NCBI GenBank assembly: GCA_029976805.1
Contig: JAPOLY010000001.1
Location: forward strand, 49,309-113,308
From: a bacterium
GTDB lineage: Bacteria > Planctomycetota > UBA8108 > UBA1146
Direction: 5' to 3'
DNA length: 64,000 nt
The translations under genes were made by a program, and so were the position numbers. Of the stretch, positions 19,914 to 29,166 are shown one piece after another. The notes under the pieces are model-generated. The model made no database searches and was not told the DNA's origin. It saw only the letters and a program-made list of their open reading frames with translations. Each line of letters begins with the position of its first letter. Position 1 is the stretch's first letter.

Positions 19914-20861
19914 ATGTTTGATCGCGGTGGTTTGAAGCTGGGAACCGTTGATGGCATCACCATCCGCATCCATTGGATTTTTCTCCTTTGGGGACTTTTT
20001 GAATGGATGACTCTCTCCCGCAGCGCACCGGGAACAGATGCTTCCGCGGGGGAATCTCTCGCTTCAGGAAGTACCGTGATCTACTACCTGGTTTTTCTGT
20101 TCGCCTCGGTATTCCTGCATGAAATGGGACATTGCCGTGCGGCGAGAAGGGTCGGCGGGAATGCCAGTGAAGTGTTGCTGTGGCCCCTGGGTGGGCTGGC
20201 AACCGTGGATATCCCTGACAGACCTGCGAACCATTTGGCAGTAGCGATCGGTGGGCCGGTCGTCAATCTGGTTCTGTGGCTGATTCTTTTGCCATTGGCC
20301 ATCTTTACCGGAGATGGAGTGGGTTCTTTCTTCCTGCGCATGCCCGTTTCTGATCCGCTTTCCATCGCTGCGGCAGTCAATCTGGACCTGCTGATTTTCA
20401 ACCTGCTTCCTGCTTTCCCCCTCGATGGGGGCAGGATTCTTCACTCCATCGTCTGGTCGCGTCAGGGTGAATGGAGAGCTCACAAAACCATGATCACTTC
20501 GGGCAGGGTCGTCTCCCTGGCACTCTTGCTGATCTGGTTGACCGTGGATGGTGCGAGTGGTTTTTTGCTGGCGATGGCTCTCATGATTTTTGCCCAGAGT
20601 TATGTGATGTCCCGGGCGGACCGTGAAGATGAGAGTGAATGGTGGCAGGGATCTTCCGAGCCAAAGCAAAGTTGGTGGGAGCAGCAAAAGCAGCGATTCC
20701 AGGAGCAACAGGATCAGAAACAGGCTCTCGAGGAATCACGAAAGAGATCCCGGGTTGATGAGCTGCTTGGGAAAGTGTCTCGGGAGGGAATCGAATCCCT
20801 GACCCCTGAAGAAAGAAAGTTTCTGGAGCAAGTCAGTCGCGAGTACGACCAGCGGGACTGA
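19914..20861 (+). CDS. Site-2 (M50) intramembrane zinc protease with a C-terminal DUF6576-like helical domain
   Basis: HEMGH and NLLPAFPLDGG motifs; tail VDELLGKVSREGIESLTPEERKFL. Confidence 0.88.
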   Translation: MFDRGGLKLGTVDGITIRIHWIFLLWGLFEWMTLSRSAPGTDASAGESLASGSTVIYYLVFLFASVFLHEMGHCRAARRVGGNASEVLLWPLGGLATVDIPDRPANHLAVAIGGPVVNLVLWLILLPLAIFTGDGVGSFFLRMPVSDPLSIAAAVNLDLLIFNLLPAFPLDGGRILHSIVWSRQGEWRAHKTMITSGRVVSLALLLIWLTVDGASGFLLAMALMIFAQSYVMSRADREDESEWWQGSSEPKQSWWEQQKQRFQEQQDQKQALEESRKRSRVDELLGKVSREGIESLTPEERKFLEQVSREYDQRD

Positions 20862-22659
20862 CCCGGGGCAACTCGGCATCCTGATGTTGCAGCCACTTTT
20901 GCACCTCTTCCGGATCGTGATGAAGATCTTCCAGTAAAGCGAGAATGGCTGTCCATTTGCCATCAAATCTCAGTTCACCCTGTGATCTGGCCAGTGCGAG
21001 CCACGATTCAGCAGCAACCTTGCCTGCAAGTCGGCCCCTTCTCGGAGGCTCGGCCCCTTCACCGCGTAGCCAACGCCACGCCGCTTCAGGAGATTGGGGA
21101 AGGTGCGGCAGGGAGATCTGATTCCACATGGGCAAGTCTGAAGCGATCGGTTGTTGATCTCCTCGGATTTCAAACCAGAGAGCCTGCGGTTGAACCTGAT
21201 AGTTGCTGGCAAGGGAGTGTGAGAGTCCCTGAGGCAAGAAGACCAGCGGGCGCTGAAGGGTATTTAACTCCCGCAGGGTATCCAGAACATCTTCCTTTTT
21301 CGTATCAGTAGGCAGTCCGAGTCTGACGGGAAGAATTTCTCCCCGAGGATCGAGAAGCGTGACATCCGGACGAATCTTTTCGAGCCACTGAATTGCTTCC
21401 AGAGCAATCCCCTGATCTCTGCCCCCCGTTACCACCAATGACTCAGAAGGAACGGTATTCAAAACAGAGATTCCCCATTGCCGTACCAATTCCGAGGAGG
21501 GTTTCCATAAGGGCGGGGTCACCAGAAAAGGAATCGTGGCGGAGATCAAGATCGAGCTCAGGGAAACGAGCAACTTTTTCGATGGTTGGAAACGTGCCAG
21601 TGATCGGTGTGCCAGTGTCAGGGTCCAGCTACAAAAAATGGCCGCTGGAAGTGCACTGAAAAGCGAAAACGGATCCAGGTCAGCGACTTTGGTTGGATCG
21701 GCACCGGGAAGCGACGCGGGAGCGATGAAGGCTCCGCTGGTGATGATCACCAGCAACAGTGCAACGTCTCCGGGTCGACGGAGGAGGGCCCAGATCAATC
21801 CGGGAAGGGCGAATCCCGCAGCGATCAGACCCCATTCCCGTGTGGACAGGACCAGTACCTCTATGGAAGGGGTTGAGATTTGCTGAAGGGACATGAGCCA
21901 GCCTTCAGAAAAAGAGGTCCACGTATTCGAGAGAGTGGGAAGGGGAGCAGTGCCCTGCAGGACATGGCCCAGCAGCAAGGACGAAAAGAGACCGGTCAGC
22001 AGGCCCAAGAGGATTGCGATCCAGCCTCGCGAGCGAACTCCCCGAATTCCCCGATCGAAGAGCATGGTTGCGAGTGAATAGATCAAGACTGGCAACATCG
22101 CGGGACCCAGTGCGACTGCAATCCCAAAGGTGAGGCCGACAAAAAACACTCCTCGTCCCGCCTCCGCCCTGACCTGATCAGTCGTAGCCAGAAGGATGGC
22201 ACCACTGAGAAACATGAGCGGCAATTCTCCACCTTCGACAACAAGGCTGCAAAGGCCGGGGGAGAGACCGATGATCAAGGCAGTGGGAATCACGGTCGAC
22301 CGCGAGGCGTCGAGTTGGCGCATCCAGCAAACGAGAACCGCGAATGCCAAACAGACTTCAGTGATCTCCAGAAATTTTGCGGAGAATGCGACAGGGAAGA
22401 GCAGGGTCAGGAAGCTTAGTAACCCCGATTGAACTGAAGCAGCGACAGATTGTGAAGAATGGGACGTCCAGTAAGAGGCGATCAATTCAGCGGTCGGTGT
22501 GGTCTCTGGTCCCAGAGGAACCAGCAGCCAGTAAAAAATGGCCAAAAGGAAAAAGATCAAACCTCCCCGAGCGACTGCGATGCGACCCGCCGGCAAGGCA
22601 GTTTGACGCCAGGTCGAACCCTCGACGAGAGTCAATCTTTCCTGATCCGCAGACCTCAT
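20833..22659 (-). CDS. Multi-pass membrane protein, divergent DUF2723/TMEM260-like GT-C glycosyltransferase candidate
   Basis: ATG 22659 overlaps the stop of the ubiA-like gene; about 10 TM segments followed by VLNTVPSESLVVTGGRD..LEAIQWLEKIRPDVTLLD. Confidence 0.5.
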   Translation of the reverse strand: MRSADQERLTLVEGSTWRQTALPAGRIAVARGGLIFFLLAIFYWLLVPLGPETTPTAELIASYWTSHSSQSVAASVQSGLLSFLTLLFPVAFSAKFLEITEVCLAFAVLVCWMRQLDASRSTVIPTALIIGLSPGLCSLVVEGGELPLMFLSGAILLATTDQVRAEAGRGVFFVGLTFGIAVALGPAMLPVLIYSLATMLFDRGIRGVRSRGWIAILLGLLTGLFSSLLLGHVLQGTAPLPTLSNTWTSFSEGWLMSLQQISTPSIEVLVLSTREWGLIAAGFALPGLIWALLRRPGDVALLLVIITSGAFIAPASLPGADPTKVADLDPFSLFSALPAAIFCSWTLTLAHRSLARFQPSKKLLVSLSSILISATIPFLVTPPLWKPSSELVRQWGISVLNTVPSESLVVTGGRDQGIALEAIQWLEKIRPDVTLLDPRGEILPVRLGLPTDTKKEDVLDTLRELNTLQRPLVFLPQGLSHSLASNYQVQPQALWFEIRGDQQPIASDLPMWNQISLPHLPQSPEAAWRWLRGEGAEPPRRGRLAGKVAAESWLALARSQGELRFDGKWTAILALLEDLHHDPEEVQKWLQHQDAELPRVSPAGRTRD

Positions 22660-23564
22660 AGGTATACTTCTACAGCCATGCACAGCATGAAGATGAAGCT
22701 GATGGCGATATTGAACTCGAGAAGAGCGTTCTCTATCCGCTTCAATTCTCGATACTCGGATCTGATGCGCAGGTGTCCGATACACAGAAGGGTAGCGGTC
22801 AGAAGAGTGGCGATAAGTACAGGCAGAGATCGATCCAGTTCAAGGTAAAGCAGTCCCATCAGGATGATCATTACCAAATGGAATGATCGTGAAATGATCA
22901 GGGATTTTGCGATCCCGAAACGTGCAGGAATGCTATTGAGAGACTGTTCTTTATCCACTTCCACATCCTGACATGAATACACGATGTCGAATCCAGCACT
23001 CCAGAAAAGTACGGCGGTTCCAAGGAGCCAGGGTAAGGGATCTGCGAGGTCTCCGGTCAGAACCAGCCATGCACCCACAGGTGCCAGACCCAGTCCGATT
23101 CCGAGAACTGCATGACAAAGCCATGTCAGCCTCTTGGTGTAGGAATATCCGAGGACGACGAGCAGGACGATGGGTGAGAGGAGTAACGCCTGATCACCGA
23201 TCCATGCGCAGGTTGCAACGAAACCGAAGATGGAAATCACGGTTGCGGTCAATACCTGGCCCGCAGTTAGACGGCCCGCTGGAATAGAGCGATTCTCGGT
23301 TCTCGGGTTTTTCCCATCGATATCGCGATCAGCCCAGCGATTGAAAGACATGGCAGAGGTTCTTGCGAACGCGATAGCCAATACAACCTGAAGAAAAGGC
23401 GTCCAACCGGAAGCAAGAAGATGGGAATCCTGAAGCGAAACCGCAAGAAATGCGGCCCCGATGGCAAACGGCAAGGCAAACAGGGTATGGCTGATTTTGA
23501 TCATCTCACCAAACTCAAAGAGTTGGTTGAGAAATCCTGCAGTCGCCTTGCTGTCGGGATTCAT
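22656..23564 (-). CDS. UbiA-family prenyltransferase of the MqnP type (futalosine menaquinone pathway)
   Basis: IKISHTLFALPFA, ARTSAMSFNRWADRDIDGKNPRT.NR.IP.G, YSYTKR, GFDIVYSCQD. Confidence 0.88.
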   Translation of the reverse strand: MNPDSKATAGFLNQLFEFGEMIKISHTLFALPFAIGAAFLAVSLQDSHLLASGWTPFLQVVLAIAFARTSAMSFNRWADRDIDGKNPRTENRSIPAGRLTAGQVLTATVISIFGFVATCAWIGDQALLLSPIVLLVVLGYSYTKRLTWLCHAVLGIGLGLAPVGAWLVLTGDLADPLPWLLGTAVLFWSAGFDIVYSCQDVEVDKEQSLNSIPARFGIAKSLIISRSFHLVMIILMGLLYLELDRSLPVLIATLLTATLLCIGHLRIRSEYRELKRIENALLEFNIAISFIFMLCMAVEVYL

Positions 23565-24178
23565 CGTTCGCTGCCCCAGCGGTGGAAGAGTTCATTATCC
23601 ACGCCAAGATGATCAAGAATCCGACTGACGACATAGTCGACCTGTTCGATCACACTGTCTCCCGGGTGTTGATAGAAAGTCAGTACCGGGGGCACGATGG
23701 TTGCTCCAGCCTTTGTCAGGGTCAGCATGTTTTGCAGATGGATCTGGTTCAGCGGTGCCTCCCGCGGACAGATAACCAGGGGTCTGCCTTCTTTGAGCAT
23801 GACTTCAGCAGCACGCTTGATCAAATTGTCGGAGATACCATGAGCGACACTTGCCACTGTGGTCATGGCACAGGGGACGATCGCCATGCCGTCGATGGGG
23901 GCGGTGCCGCTGGCAAAGGGTGCGTAAAAGTTCTTTTCGCCCCATTCCGTGAGGTTTTCATGTTCCATATCTGCAAAAAGGGTTCGTGTTCCTGCTGGAA
24001 TATTCATTTCATCATGTGTGACCAGTTTGCCTGTTTTGGAGGCGACGAGGTGCACAGCATTTCCTGATTCGAGAAGAAAACGCACCAGACGTTCAGCGAT
24101 AATCGATCCACTCGCACCACTGACTCCGATAACGAACTCGCGACGTTTTGCCTGAGGCTGGTTTTCACTGTTGCTCAT
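23561..24178 (-). CDS. ubiX: Flavin prenyltransferase UbiX
   Basis: GVSGASG, FASG, PCAM, DNLIKRAA, LKEGRPL, PREAPL. Confidence 0.92.
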   Translation of the reverse strand: MSNSENQPQAKRREFVIGVSGASGSIIAERLVRFLLESGNAVHLVASKTGKLVTHDEMNIPAGTRTLFADMEHENLTEWGEKNFYAPFASGTAPIDGMAIVPCAMTTVASVAHGISDNLIKRAAEVMLKEGRPLVICPREAPLNQIHLQNMLTLTKAGATIVPPVLTFYQHPGDSVIEQVDYVVSRILDHLGVDNELFHRWGSER

Positions 24179-25074
24179 GATGGTTGATTCCTGTTCACGC
24201 TTTTCGAAGAAGTGGAGTCGGGTTCAAGGTCTGCTGATTCGGGGCATTGATCATGGAGTCCGCCTCCCGATTCGATCCATGCCCGGACCGCCTCAATACG
24301 ATTTGACTGGTGGATTTCGAGATCCCTGCGAATCGTCTCAAGGTCCCCGCGAATCCAGAATTTGCGGGTTTGTGGAGTCACTACCGTTTCAGATACTGAT
24401 CCAATGAGCACTCCTGTGTATCGCAAGATGTTTGCGAGCGATTGAGCTGCACGTTGTTCGACAAGATCGAGGAAGACAGTGCTGCGGTCCATTGACCAAC
24501 ATAGATCTTCCTGGCCGAGGAGAAAAAGTTTTGGCTGAGGGTTCCGAATAGGGGCTTCGGATATTTTTTCGAGGAGATCCCCTGCCGGTGTCCCAGGCAG
24601 CATCACTTCAGCGAGACTCCTCATCACCCGGTCGCGCTGTTGGGTATGGTTTTCAATTTCAGGGTCGTCATCCTCAGCAGAAAGGCTCATGTCGATGGCG
24701 CGAATTGAAGACAGTGGAATCCAGCGGGAATCGGTAGGGGTCACCAGTTCGATTCGATCGTCCTCAAGTCGAGTGCGAATTGTACGCCGGACTTTGAGAC
24801 GTGTGGATTCGAGTGGACCCGTAAACTTGCGAGCATGGAAACCGAGCCCGGAGACGGACTCGATGATCTTGGTCGCCGCATCGTTGTCACCACCACGGAG
24901 TAACCAACCTCCGCAGTGCTTGAGTCGGTAGGTTTCGTCAAAGAGAACCCTGCCCAGTGCAGGTGCAAAAGTTTTTGCCAGCAATCCGGCGTCTGTATCG
25001 ATACCCGGAGGGGCGACGACATGGTGTTGCCCCTGCGTATCGTGTTGTCCCTGTTTGTCTGATTCGTTGTTCAT
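24175..25074 (-). CDS. Hypothetical protein in the menaquinone operon
   Basis: 299 aa ORF with 4 nt ATGA overlaps on both sides; no recognised family. Confidence 0.7.
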   Translation of the reverse strand: MNNESDKQGQHDTQGQHHVVAPPGIDTDAGLLAKTFAPALGRVLFDETYRLKHCGGWLLRGGDNDAATKIIESVSGLGFHARKFTGPLESTRLKVRRTIRTRLEDDRIELVTPTDSRWIPLSSIRAIDMSLSAEDDDPEIENHTQQRDRVMRSLAEVMLPGTPAGDLLEKISEAPIRNPQPKLFLLGQEDLCWSMDRSTVFLDLVEQRAAQSLANILRYTGVLIGSVSETVVTPQTRKFWIRGDLETIRRDLEIHQSNRIEAVRAWIESGGGLHDQCPESADLEPDSTSSKSVNRNQPS

Positions 25075-25871
25075 CCCTTAACCGCCTCATGGACCGCCAC
25101 GTTTCCAGGGAACAGGGGTTTCCAACGAACCGCATGGAAGGGTGTCATCCGGATGATTTCTGCAAAGCGATCACCATCCGGCCAATCTTTGACCGATTCA
25201 TCGAGATAACTGTAGGCCTTGACGCGGGAGCCGGAGAGGAGGTTTCCCAATGCAGGAAGAATCGTGCCCTGATACCAATCAGAAAATGGCCTCAACAGAC
25301 GGTTCGTCATCGGTGTGAACTCGAGGATCATCAAGCGGCCACCCGGTTTCAGAACCCTTGAAAGTTCCCTGAGGCCTGCCGGCAAATCGGAAACATTACG
25401 CATACCAAAGCCGACCATCGCACCGTCAAAAGTATTGTCCTTGAATGGCAGTCTCAGTGTGTCTGCCTGGACGAGACGTGGGCCTCTGGCTGACCCTGAC
25501 TTGTTTCTCCTTTTTCGATCGCCATTGAGAAGCATCTGCATCGAAAAATCACTGCCGATGACTTCGACCTCCGGTTCTGCCTTGATTGCAGCCATCGAAA
25601 GGTCACCTGTTCCACAACAGGCATCGAGCACTTTGTGACCGGGTTTCAATCTCAGGGATTGAACCGCTTTGTATCGCCACCAGATGTCGATGTTGAAGGA
25701 CAGGATTCGGTTCAGAAGGTCATACCTCGGGGCGATCTCGTCGAAGAGACCTTGTATCTTTTTTCCCGGTTTGTCGAGAAAGGGGTGAGAGGTATCCGTA
25801 GCAAGGTCGGCGGACGCTGAGTCCGGAGCGTCGGAAGTTGAGGGAGCAGAGGAGGAGTCAGAAGTGTTCAT
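25071..25871 (-). CDS. menG: Demethylmenaquinone methyltransferase UbiE/MenG
   Basis: FDEIAPRYDLLNRILS, VLDACCGTGDL, FGMRNV, RVLKPGG, AYSYL. Confidence 0.9.
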   Translation of the reverse strand: MNTSDSSSAPSTSDAPDSASADLATDTSHPFLDKPGKKIQGLFDEIAPRYDLLNRILSFNIDIWWRYKAVQSLRLKPGHKVLDACCGTGDLSMAAIKAEPEVEVIGSDFSMQMLLNGDRKRRNKSGSARGPRLVQADTLRLPFKDNTFDGAMVGFGMRNVSDLPAGLRELSRVLKPGGRLMILEFTPMTNRLLRPFSDWYQGTILPALGNLLSGSRVKAYSYLDESVKDWPDGDRFAEIIRMTPFHAVRWKPLFPGNVAVHEAVKG

Positions 25872-26132
25872 CGAAGCGGTTCTTCCTTCTCTGGTCGTCC
25901 ACGAAAAAAATCTCGGATTTACTCTTCCGAAGACATTGAATCTCTCGGTGCTGCAAGATCACAGTTATCCATCTTGTGACTGAAGTCCCCTGCAGGCAAG
26001 CGGATGGGAGCTTGAGGAGCATGGTTGATGGCCGTTTTGGGTGTTAGATTGCTCTCTCTGCCGGCATGCGTTCCCGAGTGAATCGGCATTTGGGCAGATG
26101 GATGTTCGGCTTGGCAGCAACCGGGAGGTGTC

Positions 26133-27080
26133 ATGATTCCCAAAGTTCAAATCGTCAATGCTGGTGGTTCCAGAGAGACCCGGTTTGCCCCTCTCCCCCG
26201 GCTGTCGAAAGTGACCTCAGTCAGTCTTCTTTCGGCGATTTTTCTTTTGGTATTCTTTTTCACTGCAACGGATCTTCATGCCGTTTCAGATGAAGGGGAA
26301 GTGAAATGGAGCCGCCCGGGACAAGCACTGGATCAATCGCTGGAGAATTTGTTTCCTGTGATCGTCGTACTTGCTTTGGAATCAGACGAGGAAACTGCGG
26401 ACAAGGTGGCCAAAGTTCTCGAGGAATCCTCGGTGAAGAAATTATTGTCGGATGTGGTACTTCTCCGAGATAGATGGATCAAAACCGAGAAGGGTTGGCA
26501 ATGGACGAAGTTGCCATCAAATCTGGACTCTGGACAACGCAAATCCGAGATCGCCTCACGCCAAATGCTGGAGCGACTGATCGTTGCCTCAGGAGGAAAA
26601 AGTGTGGTGGCGATTTTCGATCCGTATCTGCAAAAGGGAACGATGCTCACACCGTCAAAATTGAGGGCATCCAATGTTCGCAAGGCGATTCGCGCGACGA
26701 CGAAAATTTGTGATGGATTTCGCCGTTCCAGGGAACTTGCAGGTAAGCTCCTCGATAAAGCACAAATGCAGGTTCAAGACATGCAAAATGCTTCAGCATT
26801 GAGAACCCTGGCCGGTCTTGAACGATTCAGATTTCCAGACAATGAACCCCTGCTGAAGAGAAGGGCAAAGTTGCTGGAATTACTGGAGGAGCGTTGGAAA
26901 AAAGCCCGTTTCGAAGCGCGAGAAATGGAAAGATCCAATCGATTGGCCGCTGCAGCCGCCCGACTTGAGGAGATTCTCAAGGAGTTCCCCTATCCCGAGT
27001 GGGAAAAAGAAATCCGCGAAGACATCGGCAGGGTCTGGCGCCGTATACAGGGTCCCGGTGGAGGAACTCCCAACAGATGA
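26133..27080 (+). CDS. Hypothetical exported or membrane-anchored protein (possible thioredoxin-like fold lacking CxxC, plus a helical C-terminus)
   Basis: GGAGG RBS; hydrophobic segment at aa ~30-50; W...AL..S....PV.V pattern. Confidence 0.6.
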   Translation: MIPKVQIVNAGGSRETRFAPLPRLSKVTSVSLLSAIFLLVFFFTATDLHAVSDEGEVKWSRPGQALDQSLENLFPVIVVLALESDEETADKVAKVLEESSVKKLLSDVVLLRDRWIKTEKGWQWTKLPSNLDSGQRKSEIASRQMLERLIVASGGKSVVAIFDPYLQKGTMLTPSKLRASNVRKAIRATTKICDGFRRSRELAGKLLDKAQMQVQDMQNASALRTLAGLERFRFPDNEPLLKRRAKLLELLEERWKKARFEAREMERSNRLAAAAARLEEILKEFPYPEWEKEIREDIGRVWRRIQGPGGGTPNR

Positions 27081-28042
27081 ACCACTCTCAAAATGACCCT
27101 GATTCTCCGACAGAGGAGGTGGATCCCGGTGCTTCGAAAATCAACAGTGCTGAGGCATGTTGGAATCATTTCGAAGAGCAGGAGTCGAAGGTGTTGGACG
27201 CCATCACTTCATGCCGGGAATCTGCACTGGAGGCTTCCCGTTGGTGGGCACAAACACTTGGCGGGACCGGTCGGATCATCGGTATGGGAGCCGGAACCAG
27301 TGGCCGCCTGATCCAATTGGAAATGGCCGAGTGGGGCCCCACTTTTTCCGTAGCAGAGGAGCGTCGTCGGGCGTTGATTGCGGGTGGGGTGGAGGCATTG
27401 ACGCGTGCAGTGGAAGGTGCAGAGGATGATGGCCCGGCAGGTCGTTCTGCCATTCAGGACTGTGAAGTGAGTGAGTCCGATTTGGTCCTTGGAATCTCTG
27501 CCTCCGGAGCCGCTGCCTATGTCAGGGAAGGCCTGTTGGAAGCGGATCGAAGAGGCGCACGGGTGATGCTGATGACGAGCAATCCGCATAGCGACTGGTT
27601 TTCATCCGAACAGGGGCTGCGGCTTCTTCTCGAGACCGGATCGGAGGCCGTGGCGGGATCCACTCGTCTGGGCGCAGCCACTGCAACGCATCGTCTTCTT
27701 CACAGGATTTCGACGATGGGAGCATTGCGACTTGGCTGGATCTATCGCGGCAGAATGATCCGGATGCAGGTCACCAATGAGAAACTCGGTCGACGGGCAC
27801 AGGCGATTGTGTCTGACCTGACAAACCTGTCAAAAGATCGTGCAATTGAACTTATCTCAATGGCTGAAAACGACTTGCGACTTGCAATCGTGACCGGGTG
27901 GCTCTCCGGTAATCTGGATTTTGCCCGAGAGGTCTTAAATGCTGCGAATGGCCATGTAGGGGTCATTGAAGAACATTTGGAGTCGATCAAGGGGACTTCC
28001 CCGCCCCCTGAAGAACTTGCAGCCCTGTTGGGGAAGCCCTAA
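27077..28042 (+). CDS. murQ: N-acetylmuramic acid 6-phosphate etherase
   Basis: GAGTSGRL, AEWGPTF, AVEGAEDD, GISASG, GSEAVAGSTRL, TNEKL..RA; ATG 27077 overlaps the upstream stop. Confidence 0.85.
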   Translation: MNHSQNDPDSPTEEVDPGASKINSAEACWNHFEEQESKVLDAITSCRESALEASRWWAQTLGGTGRIIGMGAGTSGRLIQLEMAEWGPTFSVAEERRRALIAGGVEALTRAVEGAEDDGPAGRSAIQDCEVSESDLVLGISASGAAAYVREGLLEADRRGARVMLMTSNPHSDWFSSEQGLRLLLETGSEAVAGSTRLGAATATHRLLHRISTMGALRLGWIYRGRMIRMQVTNEKLGRRAQAIVSDLTNLSKDRAIELISMAENDLRLAIVTGWLSGNLDFAREVLNAANGHVGVIEEHLESIKGTSPPPEELAALLGKP

Positions 28043-28102
28043 TTTTCACACCTTGGGCAGATCAAGCCGCAGGCTCTGTCCATAGAAGATGAAGATGAGG
28101 TT

Positions 28103-28351
28103 TTGACCATGAATACCCAGACCCCCGACCATTCCCCTATGGAGAAGTCCGAGAGTACCCAGCCGGAAAACCCGCTGCGTCAAAATGTCATCGATCCCCT
28201 GATGGAGAATGCCCGTTCGATTTCCGGGCGTGCGGCAAGCGAGTTTTCCCAGGGGGCGGAGTTGATTCGTGCAAAGGTGATCCAGTCCGCAGAGGACTTG
28301 AAAAAATCAACCTTTGCTGATCATGTCTGCAATCCGCCAAAGATGCTCTGA
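28103..28351 (+). CDS. Small hypothetical protein
   Basis: 82 aa ORF filling the intergenic gap with GAGG upstream; no homology recognised. Confidence 0.35.
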   Translation: MTMNTQTPDHSPMEKSESTQPENPLRQNVIDPLMENARSISGRAASEFSQGAELIRAKVIQSAEDLKKSTFADHVCNPPKML

Positions 28352-28368
28352 TCCACTGAACGGGTGAA

Positions 28369-29166
28369 TCAGGAGCGGGTCATTCGGAACAACCTGCGAC
28401 AATTCTCAGTCGTTCCCTCGAGCAGTTCACGCAGCCCCTGTCCCCTGACTTTCCCCAGAGTCTCGGCGGTGTGCAGGGCGAAAACGGGTTCATTTCTTTT
28501 CCCACGTACCTGTTGAGGTGCCAAAAAGGGACTGTCTGTTTCCAGAAGCAATCGATCCGCTGGCACGATCTTCGCCGCCTCCCTGAGATCTTCCGCTTTG
28601 GGATAAGTCACATTTCCTGCAAAACTGATGTACCAGCCCAACTCCAGAGCACGTCGGGCTTCTTCTACCGTGCCTCCGAAACAGTGAAAGACTCCGATCA
28701 CGTCTCCGCCATCCTGTTCGATGACATCCAGTGTGTCTGACCAGGCTTCGCGGCAATGAATCACTACCGGAAGTTTGAGCTTGCGAGCCAACTTTAATTG
28801 GTCACGAAACGCACGGTCCTGAACTTCAGGAGTCACATCTTTCCAGTAGTAGTCGAGGCCGATTTCCCCGATGGCAACAACGTGGTCCCTGTTTTCCTCA
28901 AAGAGGGATTCGATTCCGGAAAGGGTTTTCAGGTAATCCTCTTCTTCGAGCTGGGAGTGGGTCGGATGCAGGCCGATCGCGGCGTGACAGAATCCGGGGT
29001 ATTCCCTGGCGAGTTGAATGACCTTCTGACTGGTTTCAAGGTCGATCCCAATATTGATGATTCCGACAAATCCCGATTCTTTCGCTCTCGAGATCACTTC
29101 CTGTCGATCCTCATCAAAGCGGTCAAAGTACAAATGAGCGTGGCTGTCGATCGCAGGAATCTTCAA
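28369..29166 (-). CDS. tatD: TatD-family nuclease
   Basis: DSHAHL, GLHP, IGEIGLDYY, IHCR, HCF, ETDSPFLAP; probable TTG start overlapping the upstream stop. Confidence 0.9.
   Translation of the reverse strand: MKIPAIDSHAHLYFDRFDEDRQEVISRAKESGFVGIINIGIDLETSQKVIQLAREYPGFCHAAIGLHPTHSQLEEEDYLKTLSGIESLFEENRDHVVAIGEIGLDYYWKDVTPEVQDRAFRDQLKLARKLKLPVVIHCREAWSDTLDVIEQDGGDVIGVFHCFGGTVEEARRALELGWYISFAGNVTYPKAEDLREAAKIVPADRLLLETDSPFLAPQQVRGKRNEPVFALHTAETLGKVRGQGLRELLEGTTENCRRLFRMTRS

Noticed and set aside
25919-26143. 74 aa minus-strand ORF and a DnaA-box-like TTATCCAT upstream of menG
   Set aside because: No recognisable homology, and it overlaps the divergent gene start; a single mismatched box is not significant
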